A model generated the notes under the pieces. That model had not been told where the DNA came from. It made no database searches and was given only the letters and a program-made list of their open reading frames with translations. A DNA stretch of 64,000 bases, from positions 73,098,001-73,162,000 of the forward strand of contig OX597830.1 of NCBI GenBank assembly GCA_951406725.2, in the 5' to 3' direction. A program made the translations under genes and the position numbers. The number at the start of each line of letters is the position of its first letter. Within the stretch, counting starts at the first letter, position 1. Origin of the DNA: Octopus vulgaris (lineage: Eukaryota). Positions 1-14,121 of the stretch are shown one piece after another.

Positions 1-292
1 CAGAAGCGTATTAAAGTCCTTTTCGGGCTATTTTATTTGAATTCTTACTTTCGGGTAACTAATTTCATGTTATTACATAACTGACTTCAAAATTTGGGTA
101 TTCATAACTTATTGGAACTTCCTAAAAAGAAGATCTTGTGTAAGACAACTGAAGATTCCCTGTAAATGCACAAAAAGCCGTTTTACGAGCTATATACTTT
201 GTATTGTTGTTATTGGATTATCGAAACAATTATGAGACTGGAACCAAGGGATAAGCCCCGCTTCCTCGGGAATTACCGGATGCGTCATCTAG

Positions 293-372
<80 letters not shown>

Positions 373-375
<3 letters not shown>

Positions 376-560
376 GCTCAAGTTTATATATAGTTCAGAT
401 TTACAGAAAAAACAAAAGACAAAGACAGGTGTAGAAACAATAAGCAGGTTTGACGCTCGGGAAAAATGGAAAAGTCTTTTACGTTTCGCACCTACGTTCT
501 TCAACAGAAAGAAATACGATGAAAAAAAAAATGGAGAGAGAATGAAAGAAAAAAACATGG
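373..560 (-). mobile_element. Penelope-like pLTR/3' fragment with degenerate minimal hammerhead motif
   Basis: Minus strand TCTTT-CTGTTGA-AGAACGTAGGTGC-GAAA-CG-TA-AAAGA (about 475-512). Helix I TCTTT/AAAGA; the fragment runs into (TA)n. Confidence 0.45.
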
Positions 561-847
561 ATAGAGAAAAAAAACTGTAGAGTTCAGCGCTCCCACAGAG
601 GCATATGACTGGAAAAGCATGCTGGAAAAAGGAGAAAAAAAGTTAATAAGGAGAGAGAATGGCAAAGTTATTAATGTACGGAGTTTAAGAGTTCAGTAAG
701 TTGTGAAAGTTCAAAAGTCGTGGTAGATTAGAGAGATTTACATGTACGAAAATAGCCAGAGAGATCTGAGAAAGTAGAGTCGAAAAGTGTACGAAGATCC
801 TGTTGGTAATCCGGGTGGAGTACTGGTATGTGGGTGAGGAGTGGTGT

Positions 848-849
848 TA

Positions 850-927
<78 letters not shown>

Positions 928-1039
928 GTGAAGTCTGGCGTAGCATGGTAAATTCCATTGTCTCGACCACGGTCGAAGAATGATGATGATGATGATCTAT
1001 CTATCTATCTGGCTATCTATCTTTCTATCTATCTATCTG

Positions 1040-1088
<49 letters not shown>

Positions 1089-1160
1089 TTATCTATCAGT
1101 CTTTCTGTCCGTCTGTCTGTCTGTCTGTCTCTCTCTATCTCTCGCACTCTCTATCTATCT
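848..1160. repeat. (TATC)n/(TGTC)n microsatellite containing a short RTE-type 3' end
   Basis: Long TATC tract interrupted at 927-996 by ...GTCTCGACCACGGTCGAAGAA(TGA)n. The same tail recurs at 41147-41177. Confidence 0.75.
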
Positions 1161-1650
1161 ATTTATCTATCTATCTATACACACAAATGTATACCGTATA
1201 CATGCATGTGTATATTTATGTTCGTGTATTTATGAGCGTGTTTGTGTGATGTGTATGTGTATGTGTGTGTGTGTGAGGTGTGTGTGTGTGTTTGTGTGTG
1301 TGTGTTTGTGTGTGTGTGTTTGTGTGTGTGTATGTGTGTGTGAGATGTGTTTGTGTATTTGTGTGTGTGTGTGTATGAAGGGACACTCTTGTCCTTGCTA
1401 TTTACTAAAATCAATCACGTTTGCCACTACTCGAAGGATCAGCTCGAGGTTACACGAAAGAAGACAGTCAAACGCACTCAGCCATTTTACCTGGAGAAGC
1501 CACGTACGAAAAGCCACCGTTGGTTCCCGGAGATGGAGATTCTAGGATATTTACTTCGCTTGCTTGTAATGTTTGTTGTCGCTTTCACTGTAGCTGTTGT
1601 TTTTGCTATAGTTTTGATTTAACCACTGTTTAACCTAACTGAACATCTAT

Positions 1651-2097
1651 GGGATCTTTTCGGTTTGACCGGCAGTTTTTTAAATAATTTCCACGTAACT
1701 AGACACTTTTAAACTTTGTATACTGGTAGAATGTATTTATAAAACATCTTTTTCTCTTGGCTTTATTGAGAAAATTCTATAGTTTGTAAGATATTTGTTG
1801 TTTTTTCTTCAGTTTCTGCAATTTCAAACAATCAATGACGTCTATTGAGATAAAACACATTCTGTGCCGTATGAATATGTCCCTCGTTTAAGAAACAGAT
1901 TGGATTTATTTACATTTGTGAAGAAAAAAATATACCCTTCCCCCCACCCCTAACCCTAATTAACCCTAACTAACCTTAAATAACCTTAATCCTAAGTCAG
2001 GTTGAAATGCAATAGATCGATACTAGGGTCATAATTATGGGTGACAAATTTTATATGACACCGCTAGAAAAACTGCCGTTCAAACTGAAAAGATCTC
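1651..2097. mobile_element. Non-autonomous DNA transposon (MITE) with ~30-bp TIRs and 6-bp TSD
   Basis: Left end GGGATCTTTTCGGTTTGACCGGCAGTTTTT; right end reverse-complemented GAGATCTTTTCAGTTTGAACGGCAGTTTTT. ATCTAT is duplicated at 1645-1650 and 2098-2103. Internal CCCTAA-like repeats at about 1948-1995. Confidence 0.85.
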
Positions 2098-3376
2098 ATC
2101 TATAGTCAAAGACAATACATCCGTGACAATGCTTTTTTTCTGTTACCGAACAGTGACTGAGTATAGTATAAATTGTGCTACTATTTCTAGCGAGTCGAAC
2201 TACCGGTTACATAGAGACTTCCACATTAGATTATCCATTCTTGCTGCTACTGCCACCGCTGCTGCCTCTGCTTTTGTTCCTATCGATATCGTCGTCATTG
2301 CTTAGCCCCTAGTCCAGATTAATCAAGCATATAAGCAAAGTCATTCCATCCATGGCCGTCACGTTTTTATTTTGTTTTTAAGATAGCAGGTTGTGATGAT
2401 ATGAGTGTAATTTAGGAACAAGCAGGTGGAACAAATGAACTACCGACCGACCAACCAACCAACCACATAAAATCATTCTCCTTCACTCACCCACGGCACC
2501 CCACTGCGTGGCTTGTCTGTTTAAAGTTATGCAAACTAGGCGGAAAGGATATATGGATTCTTGTAATTTTAAAAGGATTAATTTAACATGCGTTAACATG
2601 TTAGAAGCGTAGGCGAGTATAACACAATTTCAGAAGAAAAACACATACAAAAAAAAAAAAATTCTTAACTCTGAGACTAATGTTCCGTCCTCATCCACGT
2701 AAAATACTGTATGGAAAAAAAAAGACTAACAAGCAAACTAACAATAGAAAACATCCAAATTCCCTCAAAACACACACAAAAAATACAAAAACACTCACAC
2801 ACACACACACACAAACATTTAAAACATTGAAACAAACAGACTTGGAACAGTATCACCGTCAGTATTCAGAGAACAAGAAGAATTAAAAATAAAATAAAAA
2901 TAGGAAATAAAAAAAAATTAAATAAAATAACAAAAAAAAAATGGTGAGCTTTAACGGGCTGATCCTTTATGATCTCTGCGATCCCTAATTTCACACTGTA
3001 CTGCAATAATATCGTAATCGCATTTGACCCCTATTTCAATAAATAGCCATGTATTTCACACTTGTACTGAGAAGGAAATAAATAAAGGAACAGACAATAA
3101 ATTTTAATGGTTAAAGAAACAAAATACACACAAAAATATCACACAAAAAAAAAAAAGAATTAAAAAAGATTAAGAAAAAAAAAAGTCTCCTCTTCGTTCA
3201 AACATAAAACAACAGCTACCATTAACAACAAATCATTTTAAATCCCCGGTTAGGAAAACCATAATAAACCTACCGCACACGTTCTCACCCCAACCCATAG
3301 CAAACACAGATGCATAGAAACACCTCTGTATACACATATCGTCAGGCCGATACTAGTATACTTAGTTCATACAATC

Positions 3377-3416
<40 letters not shown>

Positions 3417-3477
3417 GTATGTATGTATATATATATATATATGTGTGTGCGTGTGTGTGTGTGTGTGTATATATACA

Positions 3478-3536
<59 letters not shown>

Positions 3537-3564
3537 TTGTGTGTGTATATATATATGTGTATAA

Positions 3565-3602
<38 letters not shown>

Positions 3603-3617
3603 TTGTGTGTGTATATA

Positions 3618-3692
<75 letters not shown>

Positions 3693-3922
3693 ATATAAAC
3701 ATATGCAGAAACACATGTATGTGTATGTATGTGCGCGTATATATATAAATATAACCATAAACATATAGTCAGACAGAAACACTGTGTGTAAGTATTTGTG
3801 TGTGTGCGCGCGTGTGTGTGTGTGCGCGTGTGTTGCTGAGCAATTACATACTAGCATACGTAAATTATAATTCCAGTACATATGCATCTATACAGCTTAT
3901 ATATATATATGTGTGTGTGTGC

Positions 3923-3976
<54 letters not shown>

Positions 3977-4699
3977 TTGTGTGTATGTGTGTGTGTGTGC
4001 GTTTGTGCGCATGTACGTACGTATATACAGAATTATAAAAGACATACCGAAAACACATGTCGCGTACATATACAGACATATACATACATGCGTTTATACA
4101 CACACAAACGCATGCGATCCTAGATATACACGCATACATATATTACACTAATACATTATTATCGCACATAGGATCCTGGAATTTTGAACTCAATTTGGCG
4201 TATACACGCATGACTGAATACATACACGCGCAAATACATACTCACACACATACTCCCTACAGAGAAACATAATTTCACATTAAACAATGCATTTTGAGAG
4301 AGACACTACTTGGTCAGACGACCAGCTAGAAGCGAGAAAAAGACAATGCGGGTTATATGAGGATTGGGGTTAAGTGGAAATAACATGAATACTCAGACCT
4401 CGGAAATATATACATTCATACATGTATACATATATAACTACCCATGTAAATATATATACATGTATGTATATATATATATCAATCACTAAGGTGGCTATCC
4501 TCAATTCAAGAACCAAGTGGCTGACAGTTATTTTGACTCATATTTCTAGCTACGCTGGTACTAATTTGCACCCTTAGTCACTTTAATGATGTTTCTACTT
4601 CGATATGAGTAAATTTATAACAATCCATCTGCTATCCGCCCACTGCAAAATTCGAACTCGGTACACATAAAGTAAAACTACGTGACAATTACTTTACCT

Positions 4700-4915
4700 C
4701 AACCAGTCGAGCTCCCTTTAATGCCATACCAAAATACGTCAAAACGGAAACAGATCACATAAAATTCAAATGTTCACTGGACAAATTTCTTCAAAAAATC
4801 CTGGACCAACCTCCTACATTCGGATACGTCTCCAACAATAACACTTTGCTACATTCGGATATGTCTCCAACAATAACACTTTGCTAGAGTGGGCCATGAT
4901 GCCCTATATGACTAA
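4700..4915 (+). mobile_element. CR1-clade-like LINE 3' fragment
   Basis: Translates to FNAIPKYVKTETDHIKFKCSLDKFLQKILDQPP..., matching the FK..LDKFL...PDQP C-terminal motif. Contains a 35-bp tandem duplication (4814-4848/4849-4883). Confidence 0.6.
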
Positions 4916-4925
4916 AAAACTTCAC

Positions 4926-4980
4926 CAGGTGGTGCTATGGTCAGTATGGCCTGGGCCTATACTGACCATAGCACCACCTG
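4926..4980. repeat. Perfect 22-bp inverted repeat (hairpin)
   Basis: CAGGTGGTGCTATGGTCAGTAT, an 11-nt spacer, then ATACTGACCATAGCACCACCTG. Confidence 0.95.
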
Positions 4981-5053
4981 TATCAAAGTTATATACTACA
5001 ATAGCCCGGGTTCGACCAATAACCTTGTTAGTGAACTTGTAAGACGAAAACTA

Positions 5054-5057
<4 letters not shown>

Positions 5058-5152
<95 letters not shown>

Positions 5153-5461
5153 GTGTTTGACACACTGGAAAAAAAACCCCAGGAATATACACTACAAAGT
5201 GACATAAAGTGAGATGGCTGTCAAAAGCGCGTGTCGCAAATATTAAGAGATTTTCCTTTCGAGATCAAATCTCGGAGAATGAAGACTTTGAGCCTGTAAT
5301 TGCATTTTATCTGTTTGCAATGTGTGTTTGTACATACATACATACATACATACATACATACATACATACATACATACATACATACATACATACATACATA
5401 CATACATACATACATACATACATACATACATACATACATACATAAATACATACATACATAA

Positions 5462-5492
<31 letters not shown>

Positions 5493-5637
5493 CATACATA
5501 CATACATACATACATACATACATACATACATACATACATACATACATACACACATACATACATACATACATACATACATACATGCATACAAACATACATA
5601 CATAAACATATGCGTACATATATATATATTTCCATAC

Positions 5638-5682
<45 letters not shown>
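5058..5682. repeat. (TG)n, (TACA)n and (TA)n microsatellite cluster
   Basis: Directly visible tandem arrays. Confidence 0.95.
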
Positions 5683-5685
<3 letters not shown>

Positions 5686-5897
5686 CTCTTCTTTCCTCTT
5701 TCCCTGTTAAACAGCCATTAAAAGTTGATAGCGTTGAAACGGGAAGAAAAATTAGTTTCCTTCGCGACGTTGTGGAACGCTCGCCATAAGAAGTAAATAT
5801 TGGGTGAAAAAGAAAAAGCATTAACAATTATGTCTTATTTTTACTTCTCACAATTTCTCATTTGTCATACTTTCTTACATATCATTTACTAGTACTA

Positions 5898-5941
<44 letters not shown>

Positions 5942-6124
5942 GGTTACTTATATTTTGTTCCAGTGTTTGTTTGCCCTTCTTTATGATATTGCCCCCGTCA
6001 GGTTTATTGTTCTTCCATCGTGTCTTGAAATATACTTGGCTGCGAGATTAGATGTTAAGTATCTTTGTTTATATATGAATATATGCGGATGTGTACGTAT
6101 CTAAACACATACGTACATAAATAC

Positions 6125-6187
<63 letters not shown>

Positions 6188-6243
6188 TGTGAATATGAAT
6201 TAGTATTGCATTTCTTGAGTATATTATGCATAAATATATGCTA

Positions 6244-6620
<377 letters not shown>

Positions 6621-6774
6621 TTTGTCCGTTCAATTACGATTTTATTATAATGTAGTGGTTCGGCAATAGGAAACATACAGGATCTCGACTAAAATTCTTC
6701 AAGGCGATGTCCCAGCATGGCTGCAGTCCAACGACTAAAACAAGTAAAATGTTAAAAAAGATAAAAGAATATTG

Positions 6775-7041
6775 ATTTCAAAATTCGGCACAATGCCAGC
6801 AATGAATTATTTCTTTGTTGCCCACAGGGGGCTAAACATAGAGGGTACAAACAAGGGCAGACAAAGGGATTAAATCAATTACATCGACTCCAGTGCATGA
6901 CTGGTACTTATTTAATCGATCCGATCTCGAAAGAGTGAAAAGCAAAGGTGATCTCAGCGGAATTTGAACGCAGATCGTACAGACGGACGAAATGCTGCGA
7001 AACGTCTTGACCGGAATGCTAACGATTCTGCCAGCTCGCCG
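6775..7041 (-). mobile_element. SINE family A (tRNA head plus Nin/Deu-like domain)
   Basis: Reverse complement begins GGCGAGCTGGCAGAATCGTTAGC and carries the family A body and tail. Confidence 0.8.
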
Positions 7042-7061
7042 ACATTATAAGCTAATGTATT

Positions 7062-7270
7062 CTTTTGTTCTTTTATTTGCTTCAGTCATTTGACTGCAAC
7101 CATGCGGGAGCACTGCCTTTAGTCGAAGAAATCGACTCCAGGACTTGTTCTTTGTAAGTTTAACACCTATTCTAACGGGTTATTTTGCCGAACCACTCAG
7201 TTCCGGGGACGTAAACACAGCAACATCGGTTGTCAAGTGATGGGGGGGGGGGGGCAAAGACAGACATGCA
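7062..7270 (-). mobile_element. SINE family B, 3' half
   Basis: TTCAGTCATTTGACTGCAACCATGCGGGAGCACTGCCTTTAGTCGA... matches the family B tail. Confidence 0.75.
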
Positions 7271-7370
7271 AACACACACACACATATGTATATATATATA
7301 TATATATATACATACAAACACACATATATATATATATATACATAACACACATATATATATATACATACAA

Positions 7371-7403
<33 letters not shown>

Positions 7404-7412
<9 letters not shown>

Positions 7413-7478
7413 GGAGTTCTACAGGACTAGTACTGTTTCATGAAACAGTACTAGTCCTGTAGAAGCTCCTTCTATATA
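7404..7478. repeat. Loopless palindrome with ~37-bp arms
   Basis: Centre CA|TG at 7440/7441. 24 bp are perfect, followed by one bulged G and 13 further bp. Confidence 0.95.
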
Positions 7479-7548
7479 ATAAATTAATTTTACTCTGCTA
7501 TGTATTGAGTACCTTACTTACTGTGGTTAACCCCGAATCAACCCGGGA

Positions 7549-7588
<40 letters not shown>

Positions 7589-8643
7589 CAAACACACATA
7601 TATATATATATCTTTCACTGTTTATCTTTCACTTGTTTCAGTTATCAGACTGTGGCCATGCTGGGGCACCGCCATATACATATATATATATAAAGTAGAA
7701 GACACTGTAGTAGAAGGCACTTGCCCAAGGTGCCACGCAGTGGGGCTGAACGCGGAGCCATGTGGTCGGTAAGGAATTTACTAACCACGCAAAGATTTTG
7801 CTAGAAATCTCCCAAATCAACCTTCGTCCATTGAAGGAAACGTTCACAGCAGAAAACAGAATACATGAGTTAATGAGGTAAGCGTCATTTGGCTACTCCC
7901 TACGCTCGCTTACACACACTGAGCAACAGATAATTTAATGAGCAATAAAGAGAGCAAGCCATCAGTGTATAAGTACTTTGCCATACTAAATGCCTCATAA
8001 AACTGGAACTAAATAAGCTTACTGTATAAGCCACACCTCATCACGAGAGCAGCGAACATTAAAATCCCCAAATGATCGTTAGGTATGGTAGAAATAGCAG
8101 CCAAATAGCATCTCGTAATTTTGCGTTTACAGCTATGAAGAGTTTAAACAGAAGTCTCGTTTTAACTTTTTATCATACCGTGGCCAATATTACGCAAATG
8201 CGTAGTCTTGCTATTTACCATACCATGCCGAATGCTACGCAAATGTATTGTTTTCTTTGTTTATTTTTATATTCTTCGTTTAACAAGTTCGTATCAATTT
8301 CTTCACAAAAGTGTATCCTTACTTTTACCAAACCGTGCCGAATGTTATGCCAAAGTGTATATTTACTTTAAAACGGGCTGTGATGAATGCAGTGTGTAAA
8401 CGTATCGGATAGATAGACAGGTGGATGGAGAAAGAGAGAGAGAAAGATAATGAGAGAGGAGGAAGAGGAAGAGAGGGGGAGGGGGAGGGTGGAGAGGGAA
8501 AGAAACAGTCAGACAGAGACAGAGATACACAGAGAGAGACAGAAAGACAGACCCAGAGGGGAGAAAGAGAGAGAAAGAGTGAGAGGGGGAGTGAGAGAAA
8601 GCCAATATTGAATGGAAACACGATAAATAGACAGATGACAGAG

Positions 8644-8677
<34 letters not shown>

Positions 8678-8849
8678 AGGGCTTCGAATGTCCCGTCCTG
8701 TGGTTCTTGTGTCGTCTCCTAGGTGTTTCCAACCCGGACCCCACAAAATATACATATTCCCTACAGCAGACCCAAAATTGCTGCACTTTTAAAAGTGCAG
8801 CCTGGTGTGGACCGCTCCTACTGCCCCTCACCTTAGCTACGCTAGCGTT

Positions 8850-8906
<57 letters not shown>

Positions 8907-8915
8907 TATATAAAT

Positions 8916-9701
8916 ATCATTATTATCATCATCATCGTTTAACGTCCGCTTTCCATGCTAACATGGGTTGGACGATTTGACAGAGAACAGGCGAACCAGA
9001 TGGCTGCACCAGGCTCCAATCTTGATCTGGCAGAGTTTCTACAACTGAATGCCCTTCCTAACGTCAACCACTCCAAGAGTGTAGTGGGTGATTTTACTTG
9101 CCACCGGCACGAGGGCCAGTCAGGCAGTATTGGCAACGGCCACGCTCAAATGGTGTTTTTTACGTGCCACTGCACAGGAGCCAGTCCAGCGGCACTGGCA
9201 ACGACCTCGCCCGAATATTTTTTCACGTGCCACCAGCATAAGTGCCAGTAAGGCGAGGCTGGTAACGATCACGCTCGAATGGTGCTTTTTGCGTGCCACA
9301 GGCACGGAAGCCAGTCAGCTGCTTTGGCAACGCGCACGCTCGGATGGTACTCTTACCGCTCCACTAGCACGGATGCTAGTCATCAAATTTGATTTCGATT
9401 TCACTTGCCTCACACAGATCTTTGCAAGCAGAGTTTAGTGTCCATTGAAAGAAAGGTACGCATAAGTGGGCTGGTTACACCTCTGGCATAGACCTTGAGT
9501 TATGGTCTCACTTTGCTTGCCTGGTCTTCTCAAGCACAGCATATTTTCAAAGTTCTCGGTCACTAGTCATTGCCTCGGTGAAACCTAATGTTCGAAGGCC
9601 GTGCTTCACCATCTCATTCCAGGTCTTCCTGGGTCTACCTCTTCCACAGATTCCCTCAACTGGTAGGGTGTGGCACTTTTTCACACAGCTATCCTCATCC
9701 T
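8916..9701 (-). mobile_element. RTE-clade LINE, 5'-truncated 3' end
   Basis: Minus strand DEDSCVKKCHTLPVEGICGRGRPRKTWNEMVKHGL (RTE GRPRKTW motif) with an in-frame stop. Long 3' UTR with ~60-bp internal repeats and a (GAT)n tail. Confidence 0.8.
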
Positions 9702-9797
9702 GTCATAAGAAATTTTAGTCTTTCTAGAGAACGTGAAATAATTTTTGTTGGAACAATGGGTTCGTAGCACCCAAAGCCTTAAATATTGTGAATATGT

Positions 9798-10045
9798 AAG
9801 CGCGTGGCTTAGTGATTAGCCTGTTGGACTCTGGATCGTAAGATTGTGCTTTCGATTCCTAGAATGGGCGACGCGTTTTGTTCTTGAGCAAAACATTTCA
9901 TTTCGCGTTACTCCAGTCCACTCAGCTGGCAAAAGAGAGTAACTCTGCGATGGACCGGTGTTCCCCCCAGGTGGGGTTTATATACTGGATGGAATCAGGG
10001 AAGCCGGCCCTACGAGTTTATATGGCTCGGAAAGGAACCTTACTT
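9798..10045 (+). mobile_element. SINE family D (tRNA head, central CTGCGATGGAC domain)
   Basis: A-box-like TGGCTTAGTGATT and B-box-like TTTCGATTCC. A related decayed copy lies at about 51165-51360. Confidence 0.6.
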
Positions 10046-10289
10046 AGCGTACTATTGTAAATATTGGGGTAAAAACCTCTTTGTGACAGAAAACTTAAAA
10101 GGCTACGCATGGGACAAGACAACACGTCTATGGAACGTCTGCCATGGCTATACGGGATGTGAGTTCGTTTCCTTTGTGGGACTTTAATATTTTCTATCCA
10201 AAAGGGTTTTTCAACCCAGTATTGATTATAGCATTATATGCTTTGTGATCATTGCTCCAAAGACCAAAGAATTATAGCAATTACTATTA

Positions 10290-10590
10290 TTTGTTAAAAA
10301 TTGTTGTTGTTGTTGCTGATGATGATGATTGCGTTATAGCTGCAGCATTTGTATTTGTTATCGTTACTGTAATTATTGTAATAATGTTTGTTACCGTCAA
10401 AGAATTTCTGGAAGATATCACGGTTGCTCTGTTCTTATCCCACATAGTTATCATTATCATTATCACCATCATCAGTAACGTCATCAGCAATATCAGCATC
10501 ATCGAAAACAGCGCCGCCGCAACAGACCCGTTTGCTCTCTTTCTCATAATTTGCTTTTAACACCACCACCATCATCATCTTCCTCCTCCA

Positions 10591-10635
<45 letters not shown>

Positions 10636-10745
10636 TATCATCCTCATCATCGTTGCTATCATATCAATCATCAACAATTTGTGTTTCATCAGAAACATCA
10701 TCTTTTCTATTGTCAGCAACATTATGGTCGTCGCCATCAACATTA
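10290..10745. repeat. Degenerate (CAT)n/(GTT)n trinucleotide low-complexity tract
   Basis: Direct observation; this tract produces the poly-M and poly-S ORFs. Confidence 0.85.
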
Positions 10746-10800
10746 TGAATAGTAAGATAAAGATGTGTGTATGTGAATGTACGCATATATGTATGTGTAT

Positions 10801-10845
<45 letters not shown>

Positions 10846-10961
10846 TAACAAATTGATAAATAAAACATTATATCATAACAAATTGATAAATAAAACATAT
10901 GCATATATACATACATATATGTACATACCTACATCTATATGTATATATACATGCGTATATG

Positions 10962-11406
10962 TGTACAGGACATCAAAAAAACGTTGAAAACAAAGAGAAA
11001 CGAAAACATAACGACAAAACATAGAAACGGACATTTTTAAATAACGAAAAAACATAGCACAAGACATACAACACAAGGAATATTCCCCTTCTCCAGCTGC
11101 CCCTGTTTCGGCTACTCCGTGTTTCGAAGGTAAGGGCAAGACACGACTTCAATGAAACAATCCTTCCCGCAAAGCAAATTAAATAGAATTTGAGATTTTT
11201 TGCGGAGGGGTAAAAGTGGTAACAAGAACAGGACAATACAAACAAAACAAGACAGTAAAAACAATACGAATAAGAATAGTAAAAAACAGGACAAGGAGAA
11301 TAACACACACACACACACACATATACATATATATATATATATATATATAGATCGATAGATAGATATATAAATAATATGAATAAAAAATATATATGCATAT
11401 ATACAC

Positions 11407-11471
<65 letters not shown>

Positions 11472-11640
11472 TATATGGGTACAGGACGTCACAAAACGTA
11501 AACAGCATGAAATACAAAGATAAACTTTGGTATGCGAACAACGAGAGAAACAAATGGAAAACAAGACAAGTAACATAAAGAACGACCCTTCATCAGTTGT
11601 CGGCTGTCCATCTACTCCTCATTTCGGGCACCAGAATGGA
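10962..11640 (-). mobile_element. Two related PLE-like cassettes in (TA)n
   Basis: Both end GAYGTCCTGTAC-(TA)n on the minus strand and share a GAAA...GGAGTAG...CTGRNGAAGGG motif (11085-11130, 11586-11628). Confidence 0.5.
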
Positions 11641-11831
11641 TGTTTGTGGTGTGTGTGAAAGACAGCGGCATGGTCCTTTCTACACACCAGTTTTATTTAC
11701 ATTTACCAATTAATTCATTTATTAATTAATATCATCATAATTATCATCATCATCATCATCATCATCGTCGTCATTAAGAGTTTTCGCTTCTATCCAATTG
11801 TCATTGGCAAAGAATACATTGTGAATAACTG

Positions 11832-11870
<39 letters not shown>

Positions 11871-11971
11871 ATACTACTACTACTACCACCACTACTACTA
11901 CTGCTACTGCTGCTGCTGCTGCTGCTACTACTACTACTACTACTACTACTACACACATATGCATACAAACA

Positions 11972-12006
<35 letters not shown>

Positions 12007-12016
12007 AGAGAGAGAG

Positions 12017-12053
<37 letters not shown>

Positions 12054-12055
12054 TG

Positions 12056-12090
<35 letters not shown>

Positions 12091-12222
12091 TGTACATGTG
12101 TGTGTATGTGTGTCAGTTGGCACGTGCTGAGTGAGTGTACATCTATGAAATATACGTATTATAAAATAACAAACAAATAATTTATGATTTAGTGCATAAT
12201 ATTTTTTATGTTATCAGTTGCA

Positions 12223-12287
<65 letters not shown>

Positions 12288-12798
12288 TCCTCTTACGCTG
12301 GCATCAACGCTGCCCGTCCTGCCATTATCGTAATCGACATCAACTTCATTTCATAATGATCCCCATCTTTATCATCAATCGTCATAGCCTCATCAACAAC
12401 GTCGTTATCGCCACCAACACCACCACCACATATAACACACCCCCCCGCATACACACAAAACCCCACATCATCATTAGTAGCAGCACCGGCGCCCACCATC
12501 AGCACCACCATCTCCACTTCAAATATCCTCATCATCATCATCATTATGATCTCGTGATTACAGCTTCTTTCTACTCACATTATATAATAAAGAAAAGTGC
12601 GTATTCACACGCATGTATATATGTATAGATTTACGTCTATGTATGTATGTATGGATGTATGTATGTAAGTATTTATGTATGTCTATATGTATGTATGGAT
12701 GGATGTATCTATCTATCTACATACATATATTGAGAACATAGTTATATATAGTTATATATATATATATATGCATATATATATATGTATATGTATATGCG

Positions 12799-12839
<41 letters not shown>

Positions 12840-12851
12840 CATATGTATATA

Positions 12852-12887
<36 letters not shown>

Positions 12888-12905
12888 TGTATGTATGTAT
12901 GTATG

Positions 12906-12947
<42 letters not shown>

Positions 12948-13027
12948 CTGAATATATGTATGTAGATAGATAGATACATCCATCCATCCATACATACATA
13001 TAGACATACATACATACATACCTATAT

Positions 13028-13126
<99 letters not shown>

Positions 13127-13915
13127 TATATATCGTGAAATTAGGTTCTGAATTTTTTCTTGTTCTCCGTTATTTCGTTTCTCGTTAATTATTTATTTAC
13201 TAAACAAAATTATTCCTATCTCCGCCCGCTACTCTTTTTCCTGCACTTCAACTTTCACTCCTCTCCCCATAATCCGTCCTCCTCCTCCCCCTCCTGCTCC
13301 TTCCTTCCTTGCTTGCTTCCCTCGTCTCGTTGCTCAATTCCTCCGCCATCTTTCTTTCTTTTTCCACCCCCACCCCCAACCATCGTCTCACCTATGACTG
13401 GTTGATTAGTTCATTGGCCGGTTAGATTCGTTGGTAAGGGTGACAAGGCTAGCTGACTGTTTGTTAGTTGGTCGGTCGATCGGTCGGTCGGTCGGTCGGT
13501 TGGTTGTTCGGCTTGTGGGTGGGTTTGTTCGTTGGTTATTATAAACATACAACAACTTCCAAAGGTGCAAATCAAACTGTAATGCCGATAGCGGGTTCGT
13601 TTCTAATAAAACATTGATAAATACAGATAAAGGACTTAATAAGCTATGGTGAATTTTGATAAGACTAGCGTCTCCTTCCTCTCTTTCTCTCTGTGCATGT
13701 TCTGCAAAAAGAAAAAAAAAAACACGCACACACACAAACACGCACATACACACACATACACAGTCGAAATACGTCGAGACATAAGAAAAATAAAAGCTAC
13801 AAAAAACTACAAGTGGACACAAACGTACGTACACACCCATGCGCGTCGAAGCGGCGTGTCTGTGCTTGGCGTAATTATGAGAGGCAGATGCATGGTTCCC
13901 TGTTATTGATGGCAG

Positions 13916-13980
<65 letters not shown>

Positions 13981-14056
13981 TATATATGTATATAAATGTT
14001 TATATACATATAACACACACACATATATACGCACACACATATATATCTATATTCAG

Positions 14057-14121
<65 letters not shown>

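Noticed and set aside
1380-1550. GC-richer unique stretch open in three frames, possible exon
   Set aside because: No recognisable domain and no convincing splice acceptor/donor pair.
1948-1995. Interstitial telomere
   Set aside because: Short, degenerate and internal to a TIR element.
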